DNA of 64,000 bases from Octopus sinensis (Eukaryota), in the NCBI RefSeq assembly GCF_006345805.1, contig NC_042999.1:72478001-72542000 (forward strand). Reading direction: 5' to 3'. Positions within the stretch are counted from its first letter, which is position 1; the number at the start of each line of letters is the position of its first letter. The notes under the pieces were generated by a model, which worked only from the letters and a program-made list of their open reading frames with translations, had not been told where the DNA came from and ran no database searches. This document shows, piece after piece, positions 51,679 to 63,960 of the stretch. The translations under genes and the position numbers were made by a program.

Positions 51679-51895
51679 TGTGGAGCGACTGACCTCCCTT
51701 GTTCGAAGGTTATATGGATACAGTTTGTGTATCAAATAGCTAACTTAAGGCGATGGCCTCATGGAGCTAATAAGCGGACAGCTTTTTTCTTATTTTTATA
51801 AGAATGCCATATTAGTATGGCGATAACTATTATTTTCCGGGAACGCTGCCGCTGTTCTCTTTTAGAGAGACTTAGTTATTTTAATATTTCTATTA

Positions 51896-51910
51896 AAGAA
51901 ATATAATAAT
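51896..51910 (+). repeat. Right 15-bp target-site duplication of the 29-kb block
   Basis: AAGAAATATAATAAT begins exactly where similarity to the module stops. Confidence 0.85.
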
Positions 51911-52703
51911 CTAAGAGAAACCAGTTTAGTATTTAACTTTTGATGACGCCAGTAGAAAACGAAAAAAATAAAAAGTAAAGAAATGATGTCTACGTCACGA
52001 CAATTAGAAACAGCAATTGTGCGTCATGACAATTAGTTAGCTATTTATTAAATATGTTAAAGAAAAACTTTTACAAAATTTATGCATATTATATTATAGG
52101 AAAAGTAATTATAATTTCCTAGCCGTTAGTATTATATCAGATTCACTTTCGTCATCGTGAAAATTTAAGCTTTATTAAGTGGTATAAAGTTGACAGATGA
52201 GTAATAATTTAGTACGCAATTTAGTATATTTTTTAAACCTTAATATTAATAAACCAATCAATTACTTCCAAGGAATTAAGCCATAGATTAATGATGTCCT
52301 TTAAAGATGTGTTCATAGATACTTTCTCCATTTCAAAGATAATAAACTATGCGTGTGTTTATTATCGGCATAATGGTCCTCCCGAGATACAACAAAACAT
52401 ACTTCTATTCTCCTGAATTATACTCAACATGCATAAACTTCTTTTAAAACGTGCGCTTTCTTGAATACTCACTACACATCACTGTATAACTGTATTAACC
52501 AATGTATTAGATGTTGTTGTACACCACTGGTCACAATGAGCTTCTTCGCATTGTTGTACCTTTTCAAATGGTGCCACCACCCACCACCCCACCCCCCGGC
52601 TAGGCAGGCAGGCCCATGACGTGTAAGTAACCGAGATTATGGCATCCCCCCTAAATGGGTCGCCTGTCTGTCGCAAGGAGTGAATTGGACCAACGTGAAA
52701 TGA

Positions 52704-52705
<2 letters not shown>

Positions 52706-52765
<60 letters not shown>
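52706..52765. repeat. (TAA)n microsatellite
   Basis: Direct reading. Confidence 0.97.
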
Positions 52766-52767
<2 letters not shown>

Positions 52768-52814
52768 TCGAAAAATACCTTAGAAATGAGAACCCAGGTT
52801 CGAAAGTTCCCCAA

Positions 52815-52861
52815 GACACCTGAAGAAGGCTTGTGGGGTATATCAGCCGAAACGTTGTGTT
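52815..52861 (+). ncRNA. Minimal Penelope-type hammerhead motif
   Basis: GACAC CTGAAGA A GGCT-(13 nt)-AGCC GAAA CG TT GTGTT; stem I GACAC/GTGTT and palindromic ACGT stem III. Confidence 0.65.
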
Positions 52862-54574
52862 AACAGCAAACAAGACGAGGACAAATATCTGTCGAATGTA
52901 AATAATGTAAATAATGTACATAATTCCTCATTTCTTAAATATAGAACTGTGAAATGAATTGTTTTACTCAAGAACGCAACGCACTACTCGTCTCAGGAAT
53001 TGAAGCCACGACCTTGCGATCGTGAGTGCAACACCCTAACCACTAAGCCACGAGCATCCACATTTATAATACATATACACACAAAAAAAATTGCAAATTA
53101 AATTGCACACCAAATACAATCGCACATACATTCACAACATGCACACTCATACACTCATATTAAGTCTTACACACTTTTCATTCTCGAGTCAAAATACCAT
53201 TATCTAAATTATCGCACCTCACGCACAAAAAGGCAATTTAAATTGCTCATGCATACACACAAAGCGACACAACCACATATTGCACTCCTGGCATATACGA
53301 ATACACACACGAATACATCTACATTAGTTTGAGACGCACGTTCGTATGCCGTTATTCATATACAAATAGACATCCACCACACATACAGATATATATACTA
53401 ACACATAGACCCAACCAAATTACGCACAAGCGCACCCCATTACATTTTCTATGCAAAGACACAGCAAAGACGGTAAACAACACACACATACGTGTGTTGT
53501 AGGTCGTCTTTAAATGTTATATACAGAAACTAGCATTCAATCTTATCGTTTATCGTCTGAGTTGATAGAGATAGTAAAAAGTTGTATTTTTAGATTTTTA
53601 TGTAAGTATTAGTTTTACAGTTGGAAAAAAAAAACATTAAAGTTTTCTCTGTTAGATTCATACAAATGTTTAACTTTGTCCGAAAGGATAGTTTTTGTTT
53701 CTTGTTTAATTTGTAGGTTTTCTTTTTAAATTCTTTAAATCTACTGAAATCTGTTGGTCGTTCTTTTGAACTTCATTGTTATCGAACTGGAAGTTCCCAA
53801 TCGAATAGCTAGAATAGTTTGTTTTGAGGCGGATATTTCTTGAAACAGAACTTGTGCTTAGGTAAATTCGGGTCATCGTTATCAAAGAACACTTTTTTAT
53901 GCATTCTTTTTATAAACTCTCAAGATTTTTTGGATTAACTATTTTATGTAGTGATTATTCAGCAAAATGATGTAGATTCGTTAATCTTTCTAATTTTAGC
54001 ACCAGACCAGCTACTTCGAGGGGAAGAGCAAATCGATTACATCGATCCCATTACTTGACCAATACTTTATTTTATCGACCCAAAAAGAATTATAGGTAAA
54101 ATTGACCTCGGCGGAATTTGAACTCGATACATAAAGAATCGGAAGAAATGCCTCTAAGCATTATGTTCAACGCACTAAGGATTCTGGCAATTCGCTACCT
54201 TAATATGTAAAATAATAATCCTTCCCACTACAGACACAACGGCTGAAATTTGATGGGCGAGGAGGGTTAATCGATTACAGAGGGAGACAGACAGACAACA
54301 AATTCTGACTTCAAACCTCTGCTGCTTTGCCGAACTATCCACCCACTGGAAAGATTTTGAGGGTAAGCCCTGAGAAAAATCCTTAAAGCTGACCGACATT
54401 GTTCTCGCAACTGCTTCCACGCTGGCGCTAAGTTATACTGGCCCTTAACCTTCTTTTGGACAACAGTGGTGTGGGAACGAGAGAGCTGCAACACAGGCAA
54501 CTGGTGGTCTCCCAAACTAATCCTGCCCAGGCCTGACTCTTTGCGCTCTGAAATACATTCGGATCGTTTTTATT

Positions 54575-54925
54575 ATATTTCATCTTTTACTTGTTTCGGT
54601 CATTCTACTGCGGAGCATCACCTTGAAGGGTTTTAGTTGAACAAATCGACCCCAGGACTTTTTTAAAGCCGAGTACTTATTCTATCGGTTTCTTTTTGCC
54701 AAATCACTAAGTTACGGGGACGTAAACATACCAGTACTAATCGTCAAAAGCATACAAAAACACGCGCACATAGACATATACATACATACGACGGACTTCT
54801 TTCAGTTTCCGTCCACCAAATCTTCTCACAAAGCTTTGGTGGACTCGAAGCTATAGTAGAAGACTCTTACCCAAGTTGCTACGCAGTGGACTGAACCAGG
54901 AACCATGTGGTTGAGAAGCAAGCTA
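54575..54925 (-). mobile_element. SINE family B copy
   Basis: Matches 11978-12335. Confidence 0.8.
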
Positions 54926-54938
54926 TATATATATATAT

Positions 54939-55000
<62 letters not shown>

Positions 55001-55417
55001 AGTATGGGGGTTTAGTTCACAGGTGATCTGGGAGTATCCCAGAAACTGCTGTAAGACTGAATTGTTTTCCAATAATGATATTTTATACCACTTGAGATGT
55101 TTGGCTTGCTTTAATGTTTGTTGTCCTCTTTAACAGTTATATATATATATATATAAAATAGTAAACAGTGAAAAAACTACAGAATATATTTGAGTCATTA
55201 TGTTGGAAGAATGTTATAAAATTTTTTCATACAGTAACATAGTTTTTGAAGAAATTACCGGTTTCGTGTTAACTTTTCAAATTTCTCAAGTGTCTTTACC
55301 TACATCGTGTTATGTCTTCGTTATGAAGTGCAAAGAAGAGTTCCAGGTAGGGGGAGGTAATAAGCGATTTCTTCCGGTATAAGGGAGATAATCGCTTTAT
55401 ATTTCTTTTCCCTTTAT

Positions 55418-55830
55418 TTAATGGGGTGAGTTTCTCTGTATAAGAATGTTAGAGTGGTTAAGTTTGGGTTTATATTTTTCAATGAAGAATGTTTCCTTGT
55501 TTAATCTAATTTGTGTTGGTGTTCCAATGGCACACTGATAGAATGGAAAGATTAAAAATTGTGGTAGTAGTTGCTTTGCGCATTTCTCAATATGCTCACT
55601 AAAGGGTATCATTCTGTATTCTGGGAATGCAATCTGTTGTCGATGCAGAGTGCATCTACGTCTGAGTGATAGTCCCGTGAACCCCACGTAGTTTTGGTGG
55701 CAGCCCGAGCACCTTATGACATAAATTATGTTTTCAGAAGCACAAGTAAAATTAGATTTGATCTTGAATTTTTGTCCCTCTTTGAAAAGGAATTCTGATC
55801 CTTCTAAAAAAGCTCCACGAGGCTTCGGCA
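55418..55830 (-). mobile_element. Penelope-like element 3' fragment (GIY-YIG domain only)
   Basis: LEGSEFLFKEGQKFKIKSNFTCASENIIYVIRCSGCHQNYVG...FFIEKYKPKLN is clearly homologous to the C-terminus of the 62-1909 ORF. Confidence 0.9.
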
Positions 55831-56989
55831 GATGGTGGTGGTAACCTCTGTTGTACTCTTTCGCCACAACTTTCTCTCACTGTCTCTTCCTGCTTCTTGA
55901 GTAACGTTGCGATGGACTGGCGTCCCGTCCAGCTGGGGGGAACAAATACGCCACGGAAACCGGGAAACCAGGTCACGAGCATGGCTAGACTTGAAAAGGG
56001 CGACGTTTATGAAATAAACCTAATTTTTGTACTCCTAGAAATTCATACTTAGCTTATATATAACAGTATCTTCACTTATAATAAATACCGGTATCTTCAC
56101 TTATAATAAACTGTTTAGATAATAATTTAGTTAATATTATAGTTAGCATGTTCTTTCGACTCATTACTCCTTTATTAAATACCAGTAAATGCCAAAAATC
56201 AATCTTCACATATACCATCTAATAAGTTAATATTTTAAGTATATAATATGAATAGATATTAAACTATTTCTATGAAATTTCTTTCCTCACTCTATTGTGG
56301 TAAATGTTGGTATATACTCAAAAGTATTTGAAAATGTTATCCTTTTGGTTATAATATTCTTCTTAATAATTAAGATAACCCTAAATTTTAACTTTATACA
56401 ATATAGCAACATTGTTTAAAGTATTCAACAATAGTACCCCATGATAAAATTTTCCCCTGTAATCTTGCCCCTTTAATTGATAACTAACATTTTGATTTAA
56501 GATTTTCCTTTACCAAATCTCATTATATAGCTTCAAATTAATCTTGATAGTTTTATGACTATATCCACTATGATTTCAGTCAACTCACTCAGCCCCTTTC
56601 CTAACTGACACTGCTCATTGTTCCTTTGCCTTAGATTTTGATATACAAAGGTTTGATAAACAAGACTATAAATTATAACTGACGCCAAAGAACAGAGACA
56701 ATCTAGATCTCTAAGAAGTCTTTTTTCCTGATATCTTAGTAGCTTCTAAGCTGAAGTGAAGACAACATGATCTTTGTATATCTCCTTACCTTCTTGGAGG
56801 TTTTAGGTAAAATTATACTAATGTGTCCATCTGTTTTAATTTAATTTAGTTCTATTCATTTATACAGCTGAGGATTGGTCTCTTTTTAAATTGATGTAAT
56901 GGTTCCATTGTTATATTAAATGGAGTCGCTTGAAACGATCGTATTGCATTACCTGTGAATATCCTGTTGCTCATTTTGATTTTAATCAC

Positions 56990-57460
56990 ATATACATATA
57001 CATACACACATACATATATACATACATACATATACATGCATATATACACATACATATATACATACACATATACTTATATACATACACATATACACATATA
57101 TATATATATGTATGTATATGTATATATACATATATATACATATACACATACATATATACATATACATATACTTATATACATACACATATACACATACATA
57201 TATACATATATATATATGTATGTATATATATATACACATACACATATACATATATATATATATGTATGTATATATATATACACATATATACATACACATA
57301 TATACATATATATGTATGTATATATATATACACATATATACATACACATATATACATATATATATATATGTATGTATATATATATACACATATATACATA
57401 CACATATATATATATATGTATGTATATATATATATAACACATATATACATACACACATAT

Positions 57461-57535
<75 letters not shown>
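56990..57535. repeat. AT/AC-rich compound microsatellite
   Basis: Direct reading; source of many (YI)n pseudo-ORFs. Confidence 0.95.
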
Positions 57536-57537
<2 letters not shown>

Positions 57538-57910
57538 CTCTTTTACTTGTTTCATTCAGTCATTTAACTGCGGCCATGCTGGATCACCGCCTTTAGTCGA
57601 GCAAATCAACCCCAAAGCTTATTCTTTGTAAGCCTAGTACTTATTCTATCGGCCTCTTTTGCCGAACTGCTAAGTTACGGGGACATAAACACACCAGCAT
57701 CGGTTATCAAGCGATGTTGGGGGAGAAAAAAAAACATATACACACACATACATATACAACGGGCTTCTTCCAGTTTCCGTCTACCAAATCCACTCACAAG
57801 GCTTTGGTCGGCCCGAGGTTATAGTAGAAGACACTTGCCCAAGGTGCCACGCAGTGGGATTGAATTCGGGACCATGTGGTTGGTAAGCAAGCTACTTACC
57901 ACACAGCCAC
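57535..57910 (-). mobile_element. SINE family B copy
   Basis: Matches 11978-12335. Confidence 0.8.
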
Positions 57911-58699
57911 TCCTACATATATATACATATATATACATACATCTTAATAATTACGATGCGCACATATATTCTATCTCTTTTCTGTCTATCTCCTCTTGTT
58001 CTTCCTTTCTGTTTTTCTCTCCCACTCTTTCCCTATTCTTCTCCTCTCCCCTTCACCGTTCCCTCTCTCTCTCTCTCTCTCTTCCTTCTTGACTCTTTCG
58101 TTGCTCACATGTGACCAACGACCAGTCTTTCTTCCACGTCCTTCCTAAAGCCAAGACATGCTGTTATCTGTCTCTTCTCAAAGCTCGTTTTTCCAGCGTT
58201 CACCACTTCACATTGTCTTGACTTAACAACCCTCACCGTTTGTTTTTACTGTTTTTTTCTCACTGTCTTGTTTTTGTTACCACTTTCACCCTCCGCAAAA
58301 AACCCAAATTTTATTTAATTTGCTTTGCGGGAAGGACTGTTTTAACGAAGTGGCATCTTGTCCTTACCTTCGAACGTGGAGTAGATAAAACAGGGGACAT
58401 CAGATGAAGGGAATGTTCTTTACGTTGTATGCCTCGTTTCTGTTTCTTTTTTTTTCGTTGTTCGAAAAAAAAGTTCGTTTTCTCTGTTTTTGTTTTTTAT
58501 GTTCTCGTTTCTCATTCTGTCTACGTTTTTTGCTGTCCTGTACCCCTATATGCATGTATACATACATATATATGTAGGTATGTACATATATAAATATATG
58601 CATGTATACGTACATATACTATTTATATTATATATATATACATAAATATATAAACATATATACACATATATATATATATATATATGAATTTCAATAGCT

Positions 58700-59055
58700 A
58701 CATCGTTGTTTATCATGGGTCGATTTCTATGAGAATTTTGATGGCTCACCAAGCCTGATTGACTCAAACACCTCCGCCCACAAACCACACACATCATAAG
58801 CAATACTCTTACTTTCCACAGGTTTCTCCCTTCAAGTCCCCCCCTAATTCTCTCATACTTCAGCCTCTCCCTCTCAAACCTTGAACAACCATCATGCACT
58901 ATCTTCCTCCATTACCAGCTGCAATTCCTGTCTGTATTAGAGCATTTTTAAGGCAATCCTTAAATCTTTTAGGCTTATGCGCTGGTCTCCTCATCCAGCT
59001 CACCATACAATAGCTGCTTGGGCAGTCGCTCATCACTCATCCTTACCAAATGTCC
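58700..59055 (-). mobile_element. RTE/BovB-like LINE 3' fragment
   Basis: [20 protein letters not shown] and terminal CVVCGRRCLSQSGLVSHQNSH finger. Confidence 0.8.
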
Positions 59056-59100
59056 CCCCACACATATAAATATACATATACACATACATACATATACATG

Positions 59101-59144
<44 letters not shown>

Positions 59145-59165
59145 AACATACATATACATGCATAC

Positions 59166-59199
<34 letters not shown>

Positions 59200-59208
59200 A
59201 TATACATG

Positions 59209-59259
<51 letters not shown>

Positions 59260-59268
59260 ATATACATG

Positions 59269-59310
<42 letters not shown>

Positions 59311-59317
<7 letters not shown>

Positions 59318-59996
59318 AGCGGGACCAGCCATCTGAATGTGGCTAGGGACAGGGCGGGGTGGTGGGGGTGTTACTGATGCATTTAGCCCCAGGCGACTAT
59401 AGACGTCACCAGGAGAGCCGACACCATCACGGTGTCCTTGCTAGCCTGCAAAGGGAGATCAGCCTCCCCGAAGATACGGGTGATGGTGTCGGCTCTCCTG
59501 GTGACGTCTATAGTCGCCTGGGGCTAAATGCATCAGTAACACCCCCACCACCCCGCCCTGTCCCTAGCCACATTCAGATGGCTGGTCCCGCTTATATTAC
59601 AGAGCAGTTACTGTTTATACCTCGCTTAGAGATTTATTATTGTTATCGAACAGATTTTCGACGCCAGTGACTGTGTTTACAGTGAAAATCTATATATTTC
59701 TAGCCTGTAGAGGAAGTCCCTCAACGAAGAACGGTGCTTGCCATGCGCTGACGAGAGGCAATACCTCGAAACCGGTCCGTGTGTAGCATCCGTATCTTCG
59801 GGGAGGCTGATCTCCCTTTGCAGGCTAGCAAGGACACCGTGATGGTGTCGGCTCTCCTGGTGACGTCTATAGTCGCCTGGGGCTAAATGCATCAGTAACA
59901 CCCCGCCCTGTCCCTAGCCACATTCAGATGGCTGGTCCCGCTTATATTACAGAGCAGTTATTGTTTATACCTCGCTTAGAGATTTATTATCGTTAT
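59311..59996. mobile_element. Non-coding retrozyme-like element: inverted partial copy (59311-59479) plus ~1.4 tandem ~350-359-bp monomers (59480-59996)
   Basis: GTGATGGTGTCGGCTCTCC at 59480 and 59839. 59311-59430 is the reverse complement of 59480-59599. Contains a canonical hammerhead. Confidence 0.85.
59742..59783 (+). ncRNA. Canonical type I hammerhead ribozyme, predicted cleavage after 59777 (GUC)
   Basis: CATGCG CTGACGA GAGG CAATA CCTC GAAA CCGG TC CGTGTG; all conserved core nucleotides present; stem I extends past a TGC/T bulge (GGTGCT/AGCATC). Confidence 0.9.
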
Positions 59997-60003
59997 ATAT
60001 ATA

Positions 60004-60052
<49 letters not shown>

Positions 60053-60084
60053 CATATACATGCATACATATATATATATATATA

Positions 60085-63000
60085 TCATCATCATCATCGT
60101 TTAACGTCCGCTTTCCATGCTAGCATGTGTTGGACGGTTCAACTGGGGTCTGGCAAGCCCGAAGGCTGCACCAGGCCAGTCAGATCTGGCAGTGTTTCTA
60201 CAGCTGGATGCCCTTCCTAACGCCAACCACTCCGAGAGTGTAGTGGGTGATTTTATGTGCCACCGACACAGGTGCCAGACGAGGCTGGCTGACGGCCACG
60301 CTCGGATGGTGTTTTCTTATGTGTCACCGACACATGTGCCAGACGGGGCTGGCGGACGGCCACGCTCGGATGGTGTTTGTTATGTGCCCTCAGCACGGAG
60401 GCCAGTCGTTGCGGTACTGGCTACGATCACGTTCGGATGGTTTTCTTATGTGTCACCGGCACTGGTACCACAAGGATACAAATTCCATTGATGTTCATCT
60501 ATTTTGATTTGGTTCGATTTGATTTGATTTGATTCGATTCGATTCTCACTTGCCCCAACAGGTCTTCACAAGTGTCACAAGAAGGAAGGTATGCACAGGT
60601 GGACTGACTACGTCCCAGGTAGGGGCCACGGATTATGGCTTCACTAGTCTTGCCGGGTCTTTTCACGCACAGCATACTTCCATAGGTCTCGGTCTCTAGT
60701 CATTTCCATGGTGAGACCTAACGTCCGAAGGTCGTGCTTCACCACTTCGTCCCAGGTTTTCCTGGGTCTACCTCTTCCACGGGTTCCCTCAACTGCTAGG
60801 GATTGGCACTTTCTCACACACCTATCTTCATCCATTCTCGCCACATGACCATACCAGCGCAATCGTCTCTCTTGCACACAACAACTGATGCTTCTTAGGT
60901 ACAACATTTCTCTCAGGTACTAACGCTCTGTCGAGCAAGTACACTGACATTACACATCCATCGGAGCATACTGGCTTCGTTCCTCACAAGCTTACGCATG
61001 TCCTCAGCAGTCACGGCCCATGTTTCACTGCCATGTAGCATAGCTGTTCGTACACATGCATCATACAGTCTGCCTTTTACTCTGAGCGAGAGGCCTTTAG
61101 TCACCAGCAGAGGTAAGAGCTCCCTAAACTTTGCCCAGGCTATTCTTATTCTAGCAGTTACACTTTCAGCGCACCCGCCCCCACTACTGACTTGGTCACC
61201 TAGATAGCGGAAGCTATCAACTACTTCTAGTTTTTCCCCTCGGAAAGTGACGGAAGTTGTTTTCTGCAGATTTTCGGAGGTCAATGCTCCAGAGCATCTG
61301 CCACATACAAAAACTATCTTCCCAGTTAGCCTACCTTTGACATTGCTGCACCTCTTATGTGTCCATAGCTTACACTGGGTACATCTTATAGAGTTTCTAC
61401 CTACACCTTTTCTACAGATCGAGCAGGGCCATCTTCCTGAGGATATTTGTGGATTTTCTAACTTTCTACTTATTAGTACTTTGGTTTTAGCTAGGTTGAC
61501 TCTAAGGCCCCTCGATTCTAAACCCTCCTTCCACACCTGGAACTTCTCCTCCAGTTCTGATAGTGACTCAGCGATTAGAGCGAGGTCGTCAGCATAGAGG
61601 AGCTCCCAGGGGCAACCTGTCTTGAATTCCTCCACAATTGCCTGGAGGACTATGATAAATAGGAGGGGGCTGAGTACTGAACCCTGGTGGACCCCAACCT
61701 CTACCTTGAATTCTTCTGTGTACATGCTGCCAACTCTAACCTTACTTACGGCATCTCTGTACATGGCTTGCACAGCCCTCACCAGCCATTCATCTATCCC
61801 TAGTTTCCTCATTAACCACCAGATGAGGGATCGGGGGACCCTATCAAAGGCTTTCTCCATGTCAACGAAAGCCAGGTACAGGGGCTTATCTTTGGCTAGG
61901 TATTTCTCCTGCAGCTGCCTTACCAGGAATATAGCATCAGTGGTGCTTTTCCCTGGGACAAACCCAAACTGCATCTCATCTAAACTAACTCTCTCTCTAA
62001 TTAGTTGGGCTATGACCCTCTCCGTAACCTTCATTACCTGATCCAACAGCTTGATACCTCTGTAATTATTTGTATCCAGGGCATCACCTTTACCTTTGTA
62101 GCAGTTGACTAGTATGCTGCTACACCAGTCATTGGGTATGACTCCTTCGTGTATCACCTGGTTGACTATACGGGTGACTAGGTTATAGCCGACACTGCCA
62201 GATATTTTGAGCATCTCTGCAGTAATTCCTGATGGGCCTGGGGCTTTCCCTGTCTTCATGCTTCTAATTGCCTTAGCTACCACGGAACTATCAACTCGGA
62301 TAGCTGGTCCCTCTGTTGGGTCAACATTCGGCAGACTCTCTTTATCCCATTCATTTTCTTTATTCAGCAACCTTTCATAGTGGCATCTCCAAACCTCTCT
62401 CTTTGCATCCTCATTTAGCGCAAGTGAACCATCATCCATGCGAACACACTTCTCTCCTACCACATCACGATTCTCTCTCACACACTGTCTTGCAACACGA
62501 AATACCTCAAGTCTTTCATCCTCACGGCTCAGAACATTGGCAAATTTTTTCTTATCCGCTTCCCCTCTGGCTAAATAAACCTGTCTCCTAGCTTCCCTTT
62601 TGGCTGTCTGATACAATTCCCTGCTACCACCGTTCTTCCAGTCCTTCCAAGCCTGTCTCTTTTGTCTAATAGCCCTGTCAACCACAGTGTTCCACCACCA
62701 TGTTACTCTGGGTCGAGATGGTACTTTGCTCCATCCACAGATCTGGTCAGTGGCTGTCAGCAGATTGTCCCGTAGGAATCTCCAGTTGTCTTCCACACTA
62801 AGTGAAGCTATATCCCCTTCTATTTCGTCAGAGGCTTCGAGTAGTATGTCTCTAAATCTGTCCATTTGCAGGATCTTTAAGCTTCCAGACCCTTCTCCTC
62901 CAAGCTGGTCTTCTTCTGGGCAACCATTTAGCTCTGATCCTGAAGTCGCTAACTACTAATCTATGTTGGGGAGTACATTCTTCGCCTGGGAAGGTTTTGG

Positions 63001-63960
63001 CATTTATAATCAGCCCTCTTTCCCTCTTTCTGGCAAGGATGTAGTCAATCTGGCTGGTGTGTCTGCCAGAACAGTGACTAGGTGAGAGGTGGGTTTCCTG
63101 AAGTGGGTATTGCAGACCATAAGGTCATTTGCATCGCAGAACTCCAGCAGCCTGGTTCCTTCCTCATTTCGAGAGCCAAAACCGTAGCCTCCATGGACGC
63201 CATGGAAGCCCCCGACATGTCGTCCAACATGTCCATTGAAATCACCTGCCACGAAGAGAAGGTCACTGTCATTTGTCAATGAGGTAGTCCGCAATAGGGT
63301 GTCATAGAATTGGTCTTTTTGTCCTTCCGGTAGCCCTGGTTGAGGGGCATATGCCGAGATGATGGTAGCTGTCCTATGGTGAAGAACTAATCTAATTTTT
63401 ATTACTCTGTCACTTACTCTGACTACCTCGATTACCTTACCTACCCATTTCTCCGCAAGAAGTATACCCACGCCCCCGACTCCGTCAGTGTTCCCTGCCC
63501 AGAAAATCTTGTACCTGTGTTCCTTGCCTGTGAGGAGCCTAGCAGAACCTCCTCTCCACCTTACTTCCTGGATACAGCATACATCCACACGTCTCCGTTC
63601 AAGCAGCTCTACAATCTCTCCAGACCTACCTTTCAATGTGCCAACATTGAGCGTGCCAACTCTGAGGGTTTGGGATGTGTGGGCATCAGAGACCCTGGGA
63701 CGAGGGACAGCCGTGTCATGTACCTGAAAAGAAAGCTTGCATTTGGCAGATTTCATATGGAAACTCTCGACTACAACCTGCATACTTTTCACAATTTTTT
63801 GCGCTATATGTTCAGATAAACCCTTCATAGGTGCTAGTGGGGGTGGGACAGTTTCCGGTATTTGGGTAGAAACTTCCGGTATTGGTGGTGGGGGTGGGAG
63901 GGTGGGCGACAAAATCGAAGCAACTAGTTTGAATACTATATTTGAGGGGGAGAAATAATT
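60085..63960 (-). mobile_element. RTE-clade LINE (APE-RT with PHD-like finger), frameshifted; may extend past the window
   Basis: APE in 63010-63912 (GTLNVG, IQEVRW, AYAPQ, GDFNGHVG). RT in 60913-62865 (YRGIKLL, DMEKAFDRV, HQGSVLSP, YADD). C-terminus in 60644-60907. Ends in a (GAT)n tail near 60085-60098. Confidence 0.93.

Larger units (their letters stand above)
22877..51895. mobile_element. 29-kb composite array of [Tx1/L1 LINE + 362-bp hammerhead module] units: four minus-strand copies head-to-tail, one plus-strand copy head-to-head
   Basis: Equivalent positions recur at 23092, 28792, 34516 and 40239 (periods 5700, 5724, 5723 bp). Strand inversion at 45873-45875; flanking 15-bp direct repeat. 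Confidence 0.95.

Noticed and set aside
45873-51895. LTR retrotransposon, given the ~290-bp direct repeats at both ends of the plus copy
   Set aside because: No TG...CA ends, PBS, PPT, protease or integrase. The protein is APE-RT (non-LTR), and the repeats are parts of the tandem module.
22862-51910. CRISPR array or prokaryotic defence locus
   Set aside because: No short repeat-spacer pattern or cas genes; the context is eukaryotic repeat DNA.
56930-57567. Long ORFs rich in Y/I/H/M/C, also at 2535-2916 and 58975-59332
   Set aside because: Translations of microsatellites, not genes.
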